A DNA stretch of 64,000 nt from Vitrella brassicaformis CCMP3155 (Eukaryota; Protista; Chromerida). The stretch's first letter is position 1; every line of letters begins with the position of its first letter. Both the position numbers and the translations under genes were made by a program. The notes beneath the pieces are model-generated. The model ran no database searches. It worked only from the letters and a program-made list of their open reading frames with translations, and had not been told where the DNA came from. Of the stretch, positions 11,216-21,721 are shown piece after piece. The stretch is from the NCBI GenBank assembly GCA_001179505.1, contig CDMY01000098.1:62001-126000 (forward strand), given 5' to 3'.

Positions 11216-13542
11216 TGTGTGTGTGTGTGAGCATTCGTTTTTGCACATCATCCATGCCATGCCTGCGTATGTGCTCACCCCCTGGTCAGATATGCAGAAA
11301 GGGTCCGCTAAAGTGTTACGTAAAGTGTTCACTGCAGTGAGCTCCATCGAGGTGCAACTTTCGATGCACCAACCATGCACACACACACGCAGAGAGACAG
11401 AGAGAGCACATCCACTCATCCATCCATGTGTGCAGGCGGCAGTAGCGCATATGTGTCTGTCTGTCTGTCGGTCTGCCCCATTCACCTCGCCTAGGGAGCG
11501 GTGGTCATCAGTGTGTTCGGGTTCGCCTGTCGTCGATTGACCCCAGGTGGTTCTGAGGACCCTGCACGTTCACCCACACACCGCACCCAATTGACGACAT
11601 CACATCCCCCCCTCCCCTCCCCGCCCGCCCCGCCCACGTACACCCGATCGACGAGACACATCCTTGGGCCGCCCACCCTACACTTCCCGTCGTACGAGAC
11701 GCCGACCATACTCCAGTGATGGTGATGCTTAACTGGTCCGACTGGACCTTCCTGGCACGTACATCAGAGAATGACACAGTCACCCATTGTGCCCATACAT
11801 CGTAGCAGACACCGACTGATGTGTCCTAGGATGTATGAAGCCATTAGAGTGACCTGCAAAGTAGGGGTTCTCTGCGGGGGGGCGGTGATTGATCTCGTCC
11901 AAAGAAGGAGCGCTGGGGATCTCGGAGTAGAGCCGTTCAAAGCCCAGTAGGGGAGCGCTGGCGCCGCTGGGTTCTGCGAGGTAGGGGTTCTCTGCGGGGG
12001 GGCGGTGGTCGATCTCGTCCAAAGAAGGAGCGCTGGGGATCTCGGAGTAGAGCCGTTCAAAGCCCAGTAGGGGAGCGCTGGCGCCGCTGGGTTCTGCGAG
12101 GTAGGGGTTCTCTGCGGGGAGGCGGTGGTCGATGTCGTCCAAAGAAGGCATAGGCGTAGTGCTGGGGATCTCGGGGTAGAGCCGGGTGTGATTGGCCGGC
12201 TTGTGTTGTTGTTTAAAGTCCAGGACCACCGTGCACTCCTCTGCCCCTGGTGTGGGTCGCTCACGCGGAGGATTCATTCGAGTCCAGAGGTCCGCAGTGG
12301 GGTGAATACAGAACTGTCCTTTGCCATTGACGAGCTTGTAGACGTCACCTCCTGGGCAACTGGGCTCGATCGTGTCGATGCTCCGGCATTCCCCCTGTAC
12401 ACACAATACAACACAACACAACACAACAGACCACACAACACATAACCGTTCCATCCATCCATCCATCCACACACAGACAATCTCACTCACCCATCCTCGA
12501 CTCTCCATCGACACAGGAGGTCCTTCCAAGTAGTTGGTCACACATACCGCCCCCTTTCCCGAGCAAGAATATTCTTTCGACTGGTGCTTGAAGTACTTGG
12601 TCCCGATCAGCATAAAGAAGTGGTTCACCATTCTGTCCTTCTCCGGACTGGAGTATGGCTGCTTCCTCAGTTTTTCCGGCGGCTGCTCCTGTTTCGACTT
12701 GTCGTACAGGTCGAAGACCACCGCGCACTCTTTCAATTTGCACCGTTTCACCCATGCCACAGAGACGCACAAAAACAACTGTGTCGTGGCACTGTACTTT
12801 CGCGTCAGGCTGGCATTAGGCCGGCCCGCTGCGTATGTATGTGCACCCACCTGTTTCAGCTGTCCAGATGGAAGTGGAGCGCCCCGTCTGTTGGATGGTC
12901 GTGGCTAGGTCCTCAATAGCCGTCACGACATCGCCCGTTGCCGTGTGTGCGGCGGTGGCCATCGCGTGGGCGGCGGTACTCGCCGCATGTGCGGCCTCGG
13001 TGATGCGCTTGGCCTTGCCGAGTGCCGTCTGCAGATAGGCAGCCGACACGGACCCACCTGCAGCCGTCACCCCACCAGATTGCTGGATGAAGGCGTTTCC
13101 CTCATCAGAGGGCGGACACGAAGAGGTATCCGCACCTGCACACACACAAGCCAACAACACTTCCAGTCCATCCTTACGCAAAGCAGGAACGCGCCAGATC
13201 AAGACGTGCACAAGAGCGCCGGGCTTTCGCGCCTACCGATGCATCCACCCGTCTGTATTTGGCCAGTGCCGTGCATCGCTCCTCCCACCGCGCCAGCCGC
13301 ACCAAACTTGCCACTGATGATCCCGCCGATCACCGCCCCCTGGACGCGTCGGACACCACGTCACTCTCCTTGGAGGTGGGATGCTTGGCCTTGGCGAGAG
13401 TCTGCGTGTCCTCGACGAAGCTGTGAGGGCACGTGGACTTGTTGTTGGTGACATGGGCTTCGTGTCCCGCCGCCATCTCTTCCACATTTGAGGCTGCGGC
13501 ATTGCAGAACAAGATGGCCGCCAGGATGGCAATAGGCGCCAT
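10851..13542 (-). CDS. Orphan secreted Cys-containing multi-domain protein, paralog B (apparent 1-bp frameshift in exon 1; 3' end approximate)
   Basis: MAPIAILAAILFCNAAAS (signal). Exons encode GAVIGGIISGKFGAAGAVGG, GSVSAAYLQTALGKAKRITEAAH, ECAVVFDLY...YSCSGKGAVCVT, CPGGDVYKLVNGKGQFCIHP, 40-aa repeats, YFAFKWFPLDQ and (AEKK)4. Confidence 0.6.
11059..11106 (-). repeat. 12-bp coding tandem repeat x4 encoding AEKK
   Basis: (gccttcttctcg)4 on the + strand. Confidence 0.95.
11861..12190 (-). repeat. 120-bp coding tandem repeat (~2.7 copies, 40 aa)
   Basis: gtaggggttctctgcggg recurs at 11861, 11981 and 12101. Unit: RLYSEIPSAPSLDEIDHRPPAENPYLAEPSGASAPLLGFE. Confidence 0.95.
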
Positions 13543-13713
13543 GGGAGCAGCTGGGGCGTATTCAGGACGTATTTGGGGGCCAATCGCATGGAGTGGGGGC
13601 GTCTCGATCTAGGGTAACCGTTTAGGGTTTGACTGCTGCGTGGTTCAGCTCGAGCCGCACCGCGGATAGTTCTCGATTGTTGCGACAGTGCTCTTTAGGT
13701 CTCCTCCGTTGGG

Positions 13714-13929
13714 ATGAGCGCGTTGTTTGACTTCAAGAGTCTGCTGCAGGTGATAGTGCTGATGATCTGCACCTGCACGTACCTGAAGGCTCAGTTCCCG
13801 AAGCTCTTCACCGAGAAAAAGGAGGGCTTCATGGGCCTCCTGTGGAAGATGGCCCGCATCGGAGAACGGCTGAGCCCTTACGTGTCCGCCTGCTGCTTCA
13901 TCATGGCCATCACGACGCTCTTCTTCTGA
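13714..13929 (+). CDS. TMEM167: Protein kish (TMEM167), intronless, 71 aa
   Basis: [32 protein letters not shown]...[34 protein letters not shown] matches the kish family signature (MSALFNF..LL.VILL.ICTC.Y...[11 protein letters not shown]). Confidence 0.95.
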   Translation: MSALFDFKSLLQVIVLMICTCTYLKAQFPKLFTEKKEGFMGLLWKMARIGERLSPYVSACCFIMAITTLFF

Positions 13930-13995
13930 TCTGATCGAGTCGGACCAACAAACGGCACACCGAACCGACGAGGGATCACAGCGAAGTACGTGCAC

Positions 13996-14461
13996 ATGGA
14001 CGACATTGATGCAGGGCGACACAGCAGCTCAGATTATGTGGACCTGCTGGCGAGCCAGATGGATGAGTTTGCAGCCACCGTGCGGTCACTCGGCAGCCGG
14101 CAAGAGATGAAGACTGAGGCAGGGTCTGCTGCTGAGAGGGAGGACAAGGCAGTGGCGGGGTCGGCGTCTCCTACATTTGATGGTGATGCGTTCAAGGCGC
14201 TGCCGGCGAGGGAGCAGGTCTACCGGCTCACACGCGTCGCCAACCAGTTGCAGGTGGGCAAAGTCGCACTGCTCTCTGTGTGTGGCCTGACGTAGATCTG
14301 TGTGGCTGGCTGCCTGTGTGGTTCTTTCGTCCTGTTTTTCTGCAGGCCGTGTTGGCTGACACCAACGCCGTGTGCCGCCAGATCCGACAATCAAAGACCA
14401 CCGGTGAGTGAGTGAGGGACTCAGGGCACTAAGTACATCATTGGGGGACACACATACACAC

Positions 14462-14492
<31 letters not shown>

Positions 14493-15311
14493 GTGTCGGT
14501 TGCAGGTGGTTTGGACATGAAGACAGTGGTGGACTACGCCTTCCGCATCGCGGGCACCACCTGCGCGCCGCCCGGTTGGGACGAGCAGTACATGTACAAC
14601 CCGCCCAACAAGACCCCCTATGTGACGGCCGAGGGGCCCGACGGCCAGCCGGTTGTCGCCAACAACGCCTTCCCCACCCACCCCTACTGCTACCCAACGG
14701 ACGAGTGGGTGCGCGAGTCATGCCTCTTCAACCACATGCAGCTCAGAGGTCAGTCAGTCAGTCAGTCGACAGATGGCCCATCTGATCTGGTGTGATGTGA
14801 TTGATTGTGTTGTGACATTGGTCGTGCAGCGGTGCCTCCGACGGTGACGGTGACCAAAGCTGAGGGAGAGCCCATGACTGTCGTTGTAAGCCTGGCTGGC
14901 TGGGAGGGATGCACAGTCAGTGAGTGAGTGAGTAGTGAGTGAGTCACGATGGATGGCTGTGCCGTGCGTGACGTGACTCAGGTGCATTTGGCCACGCCGA
15001 CGGAGGGTGCGCAGATCTACTACCAGATCGACCCCACCATCGACGACGCATCGGCCGCACAAGGGCCAGGCCCCGACAACGCTGCACCGGTGCATGCACA
15101 CAGCATCCCAAATCTTGCTCGTCAAGTGGATGGATACATACACGTGTGATTGCAATAATGAGTGTGTGTGATGATATGATTCACCCATACAGTATGACCC
15201 GAATATGCCTCCGAGGGTATCTGGTGCAGGACGACACTTCCTGCGGGCACAGGCCTTCAGACTGGGTGAGCGCCTGACTGAATGCGCGGATGTCATATTG
15301 GTGTTGATCAA

Positions 15312-15345
<34 letters not shown>

Positions 15346-16147
15346 ACAGGCTCGGCCAAGGGCTCAGGCTATGTGCAGCAGCAAGTCGACATAGAGGACG
15401 AGAGTGGGGCAAGACGCACACGACCACACACACGCATCCCATTGTCTGTCTGTCTGTCTGTCTGTGTCTGTCTATCAGCCAGTGCTGCCAGTGTCCAGCA
15501 GCAGCAGCAGCCGCAGCCACCACCTCCCTCTCTCGACGTGTCAGCAGTGGGCGGCCTGGCCGCCCGGCGGGCAGACAGGACGCCCATCAGCGCCATGCGC
15601 ACCCTGTCGTGGCGAGAGGGGTACGTGAGCCCACGTGTATATAACGTAGGCGTTGGTGCAGTATCCGTGCCCCTGTTTGTCGGTGTGTCCCGTCCCACAT
15701 CACATGCATTGCAGGCAGACCCCCTCTGGCACTGAGGAGCGGGCGGCCAAGCGGGCGAGAGGGCAAGACCTCTTCAGGTCAGTCGATTGTGGGTGGGTGG
15801 GTGAGTGAGGTGCACCATCTGTTTATCTCTGTGTGTGTGCGGGGGGGCACCGGTCTGTCCATCTGTGTGCTGTGTGTGTCAGTTCTCTGCATCTAGGAGG
15901 TATGGATGAGGACGAGGAGGGCTCATCGCCGTCTCACTTCGGCGGCATGTCCCCCGCCATGCCCTCCAGGGGCGTATCGGCCGCTGCTAGTGCTGCCGAT
16001 GCCGCTGGTGCTGGTGACGAGCCGCCATCGGCCCCCCAACAACAGCAGCAGCAGGAGGGGGATGGCGAGGAGCCGTTAGGGAGCGGGGGAGGTGGTTACT
16101 CATCGAGCAGCTCCTCTAGTAGTGGCGAAAGTAAAGACGACGAGTGA
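13996..16147 (+). CDS. MED4: Mediator subunit Med4-like protein with a C-terminal Fn3-associated/CHB_HEX_C-like domain and acidic low-complexity tail
   Basis: N-terminal coiled coil, then VVDYAFRIAGTTCAPPGW...HPYCYPTDEWVRESCL (Med4 motif: Y-A-x-R-I-S/A-x-T-T-x-A-P-P-x-W ... P-Y-P-T-D/E). Next PTVTV...VHLATPTEGAQIYYQIDPT...Y...FLRAQAFRLG...SGYVQQQVDI. About 10 GT-AG exons. Confidence 0.7.
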
Positions 16148-17928
16148 GGCATAGCTGACGTGTGTGTGTGTGTGTATGGAGGGGTGGATAATCACATGGA
16201 CTCACTGCAGTGCACTCACTCTCAAGACAGACAGACTCCCATGTTTACTTCCGCGCGAGTCTTGATTCCCCGTGCGCGCAGCTTCCGATGATGGGTCTGC
16301 ACACGAGACACACACGCACATATGCACACATACGGGCTTTCCGCTGGTCGATGCTGACTAGACACACACACACACACTCACACACCCTGGCACACACAAA
16401 TACAAATTGACCTGTCAGTGAAATCTGACCATAGACACACATGATGGGAGGGAAGCCCGAGCAACCACTTGTCCTAACCGCACTGGAACGGATCAGACAG
16501 ACAGACAGACATTATGAGTGAGGGAGGCCAGTCGCGAAAAGCACCCCCACACACCACACCACACCACACCAGACGCATTCAAATCAATCAACTGTCACAC
16601 TCACACACGTGCAGGCAGGCAGAAATATCCCTCCCTCTCCGTTCGCCATGTGCAAAACAGACAGCTTACCTCACACACACACACACACACGCACTTGTAT
16701 ACACACACGGTAAGGCGCAACCACAGCTGACTGACGATATATAAGCTCGAAAGCAGTCATCAGCATCTTCAAACCACTGAAACGGAGGGCAACAAAGTGA
16801 GCAGCAAGGAAGGAGTGTATGCACACACAGCAAACAAGCAAGCAGCCAGGTACACCATCATGCCCTCCCTGCAGTCGGTGTCGGTGTGAGCGAGCGACAA
16901 GCATGCAGAGACACATCCATCCACATCCATCCATTACGTCTGCCGGCAGCAAGCAAGCAACGTTAAGCTGTCTCCCTCCCCACCCCACCGATGACAGCCA
17001 GCCAGCCCGCCCCTCCCTTGTGCGTGTGCGTGTGTGTGTGTGTGCGATGTGGGCAGTCGCCACACACCACACCCCATGGCAGCCAGCCAGCCACCCAAGG
17101 CAGCACAGCACCCGTACACTCAACGACGTATGTTCCTTACCCACACGAAAAGAATCGACTCCGCGCGGACGTCAGATGGATGGGAGGGAGGAAGGAAGCA
17201 CGGTACCGTTCTCTCTCTGCGTTGCGTGCGGTGGGGAGGGGCTAACTTGGATGACCAGCCGTGAAAGCAGCTCCTGCATGCCCCGCAGCGCATCTTCAAA
17301 TGAGCTGCCCGGGACGCAGAAGCCGCGGCGCAGGCAGCAGATCCACATCAGCAATGCACCACACGCACCCACACAGCACTCGACATCAGTTGGATGCCAT
17401 GGATGTGTCAGGGGGTCTTTCCGCCTCTACTAAACAGCTGCCCTCTTGAGCGTGCGTGAGCCACCGAGGAAAAGCGGACCACGCACATCCAGGCAGTGAG
17501 GGAGGGAGGGAGGCAGGCAGGCAAAAACAGCACATCGTTCGCTCTCTGATAGCTAGATGGATGGATGCACACATGCGTGGCAGACAGTGGCCCGCATCAT
17601 TGCGCTATCTGTGGTTTGGTCAACCCCTGAGTCCGCCGCGGTCGAGGTGTTGGCAAAAGCAGCTCTGGAGCGCTTTTGCCAAGGCCTCCACTCTGACGAA
17701 CGTAGGCCTCGACCACCTCAGGTAGGCGAGGCGCAGGTTTCCCACCATCCATTATCCCCTCTCTCTGTGCTCTCTGCCTCTCTCCCCCCTCTCTGCCCTC
17801 CTCTCGCATGCAGGTATGCATCGCAAGCGAACCTCCATCCATCCATCCCTCGCCATTCATGAGCTATAAGTGCGGAAACAGGGGAGTAAGTGAGTACGTA
17901 CGTCAGCCGGTGAGGTGAGGTGAGGGAG

Positions 17929-20230
17929 CTATTTGACTTCGCTCCTGGGCACCACCCAGCCCACCACGACGGTGATGTCGTCCTTCTTCCCACCCTTGTT
18001 CGACATGCCCTCCATCTCCTGCAGGCGCGCGTTCCACGGCGTGTCGGCCTTGCTGTCGTGGCTGCGGGCGTAAGCCGCCTGTGCCAATGCCTCCGCTATC
18101 TGACAGGGAGAGAGAAAGATGCGCGCGCGTGTGTGTGTGTGTGTGGTGGGTGAGGGGGAGGGTTTGGGTGCCTTCTTTGGGTCGGATGGTCTTGCGAGGT
18201 TGCCGAGGTCGGCTTGCTGTGTGGGGTCGGATTGGATGGCCTCTGCCTCGAGCGGCGACACGAAGCGGGCCGCTATGGCGGCGATCTCGTGGTCGAAAAG
18301 GTTATCGAAAAACCCTGTTGATCAAACACACGCACACGCATCAAACGGTGTACATCCCATGGATGTCGTGTACCATCCGAGCCGACTATGATGAGGTCCC
18401 CCTCCTGCACAGGAAGGGAATAGAGGTCGGCATCCTGCACACACACACATCACACGCAATGGTCCATCCACCCATCCATCGTCTTGAGGGGCTTGTTGCC
18501 CCACCCACCTTTGGTGTGTCTCCCTCTCCGTCGTTGGGCTCGTTTGGCATCTTGGTGAGCTGGAAGGGGCAGTTGAAGTAATGCTGCTGCTCCTCAGTCC
18601 GCAGCACAAACGACAACAGCCCGTCCGGACCGCGCCTATCAATCAAATCATCCACACCATTCCCACACACACACACAGGAATGCTCCCCATCCCACACAC
18701 ACAGCCAACGTACCTGAACACGATGATGCCCGAGTCTCCGACATTGGCCACGCCCAACCGGTGGCCCACATCATCCAACGCCGCCACCTAAACACACATG
18801 TGAGCTCACATGTGTGTGATGCTTCCGGCTGTCTGGCCGTGTGCCTGTCGCACTCACCACAGCAGTGGTCGACCCAGGCGGCCCTTCGGAGCGCGCAGCA
18901 CGGTACCCCTCCCACAAAATGCCCAACGCACTGTTTGCGGCCGACGCATACACACCAACACGCAGAGACAAGGTCATGGTGTCCATCCATCCATCCATCG
19001 ATCCATTTCTGTGTGTCGCTGACCGTTTGGTGTCGGGCAGTTTGTCGGCCTCCGGCGACCCGGTGCTCTCGAGTGAGAAGTTGCCCACATCGGCGCTGTG
19101 GCAGCACTTGTCCATCATGTACGCCGGGAAATCCCTGTGCGTGCGTTCGGATCCAGGCACAACACACACACATAGTCAGCACATATTCTGTCTCCACTTC
19201 TGTGCGAATCTGTGTCTCTGTGGTGTGGGTGTGTTTTACCTGGGATCGATGCCATATTTCCACATGCCGCCCACGCCGTCGGCCACGCCCACCGCCGACC
19301 CGTCACTGCACACAAAGTGGGCGTCCTCGCCTCCCGTCGCCTTCTTGGAGTCCTCAGGGATGGCGCTCGACCCGGCCCTGTCCGTATGCGGCACACACAG
19401 ACACATGAAGGGATTGTCAAGGGAGTAGTGTCTCTCTGGCTGACCACAGCTGTAGGTTTGTCTTTGCGGGAGGATGGGGCATGGTGGGTCGCCTCTTGGG
19501 GTCGCTGAGGACGCTGAAGACCTCCATTGGCGGCAGCAGCCGCTCGACAGACACCGGCGGCCACTTGGCCGGACCTGCCGCACGGAAAATCCCATGGCCA
19601 GACCTAAACCACACACACCACACACAGAGACACAGATGGATACCTCAACCTCACCTCCCCTCTGTGTCTCACCGCGCGAGTGCTGTGATTTTGGTGAGTG
19701 GCTTCCAAATGTCGGCTGCAGCGGCGCCCCAGTTGGCCCCGCTGGCGACGACGAACGACGGGTGGACGAACTCGTCCCCCCAGAAGGCCTCGACCGCCGT
19801 CCCGCCGATCTGCGGCCCGAACCGCTGCGCCAACCCCTTCGGGAACAGACGCACCGACACGCGATAGTGGCTGAAGGCCAGGTGGAACTCGCCGCTCTGC
19901 CATCCCCCTCTGCTCCCCTGTTGCTGGAAGTGTTGTCGAGCCTGTGCAGAAGATGCAGCAGCAAAGCGGGTGGTGGTGAAGTGGTAGGTGGCGTGGGGCA
20001 GTGGGGTGATGCTGCTGGCTGACGGGCGGGCGGGGGCGGGCGGGCAGCCTGCCAGTGAGTGGGGGTGGACTCCACCCTCAGCCCCAACACACACACCCTC
20101 CCAAAAGCCAACCCTCTCGTCAGTGTCGTCACACACGTCACTGTCGGCATCGGCATCACCGTGATCGCCATCACCGTCACTGACGACCGATGACGCGTCA
20201 GCCGCAGTGGACACATCAGAGAGGGAGGGG
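17929..20230 (-). CDS. PP2C-family phosphatase, PTC7-like, with a long N-terminal extension (start codon uncertain)
   Basis: Spliced motifs GGEDAHF...AVGVADGVGG, GSTTAVV, VANVGDSG, TEEQQHYFNCPFQL, GDLIIVGSDG..DNLFD, GGKKDDITVVV; stop at 17929. Confidence 0.85.
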
Positions 20231-21721
20231 GAGTGGGGCACACTACAGGGGGGCGACAGAAGGAGAGAGGGTGCCACGAGGGAGGGGCACTCCTCACGGT
20301 GAAAAAGGGGCAGAGGCCACAAATCGACTATGCAGTCTACCTCCATATCACAATCACTCACACACACACAGTCGGTCACTCAGTAAGTCAGACACCCCCG
20401 ACAGACAGATACAGAGAGACAGAAGAGACAGAGAAGCGACAAAAAAGGCTGCTTGCTGCGCGACGAACGTACGCCCTTAATGCAATCAAGCAACCCAGCC
20501 AGCCAGTAAGCCACTGAGGAGGTGAGTGAGTCAGTCGGCGGTCTAGGTAGATAAACAGAAACGGCCGATACAAACAACCGAGTGTCTGAGTGACCAGCGG
20601 GCGGGACAAAAAAAGCCCCTGATCAAAACCCCCTGTCTGTCTTTCTCTCAGTCTGTAGACTGACAGAGAGAGGGAGGCAGGACGGACACCACCCTTACAC
20701 ACCGCCAATGGACGACGAACCACCGAACGAACGATACACAAGGACGGATTGGCGGAAGGAATGGCGAGAGAAGGACCTCAGTCAGTCACTCACTCAGCCA
20801 CGTAAACACACCGATGTTGGTCGGACGATGAACAAACCGGACAATCCCACAGACAGACAGACAGACGAACTGACACAGCTCCTTTCTCTCAAGCACTCAC
20901 TCACACACTCACTCACTCACTCACACACACCACACCTCACGATGACAAATGTAGATAACAGCACGATGGATGGATGGATGGATGGATGCTACACAACACT
21001 TGAGTGAGAAGTGCATCAAAACTTGTCTTCCTGATTGCAATGTGCCGGAAGGCACCGCATCCCACAGACCCACAGACAGACACACACCTGTTTGGTCACC
21101 GCCTATGCGACTGTACTAGCATCCCACACACCACTCCCGCAACACCATGCCCTTCAGCTAAGATAAGACTGTTCCCACACGCACCGCAACACACAGCACC
21201 ACAACACACAGCAACAAGGCGACACAGCACAAGACCGACGAGCTGTCTTTGCAGGCTGACAAAACCGTCAGTGAGTCAGCAGTGAGTCAGAGTCACTCAG
21301 CCGCAGCAGACGCCGGCGGCCGCCCCTCCTTGTCGCTCTCTTCGTCCCTCTTTCTCACGCCACAGCCGATTGAATCAGTCAGCCACTCAGCAAGTCAGTC
21401 AGTCAGCCCCCCTGCTCTCGCCTGCCAACCCGCCCGCCCGCCTCTCTCTCAGTGTGTGGCGTGCTTGTGCGCAGATCTGCCTGCCTGCCTGCCTGTCTGC
21501 CTGTCTGCCTGTCTGCCTGGCTCATTCGCACACCTGTGTGCTGGAGAGCTGCAAGCCGGCCGTTACGCACGGAATGGATACCCACAGCAGACTCGACATC
21601 ATCACGCAGATCTCTTCCACAAGCGCGCAGTGGCTGGAACCCTCTGAAAGAAATGCATGAGGCTGGCGCTGCTGCTGCTCCCCCTTATGTGTGTGGAACC
21701 AACCGCCGTCGACAGAGATCA

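Noticed and set aside
17250-17860. Possible small spliced gene (VARIIALSVVWSTPESAAVEVLAKAALERF...)
   Set aside because: One plausible exon with a donor site but no convincing complete structure; it may be PP2C 3' flank.
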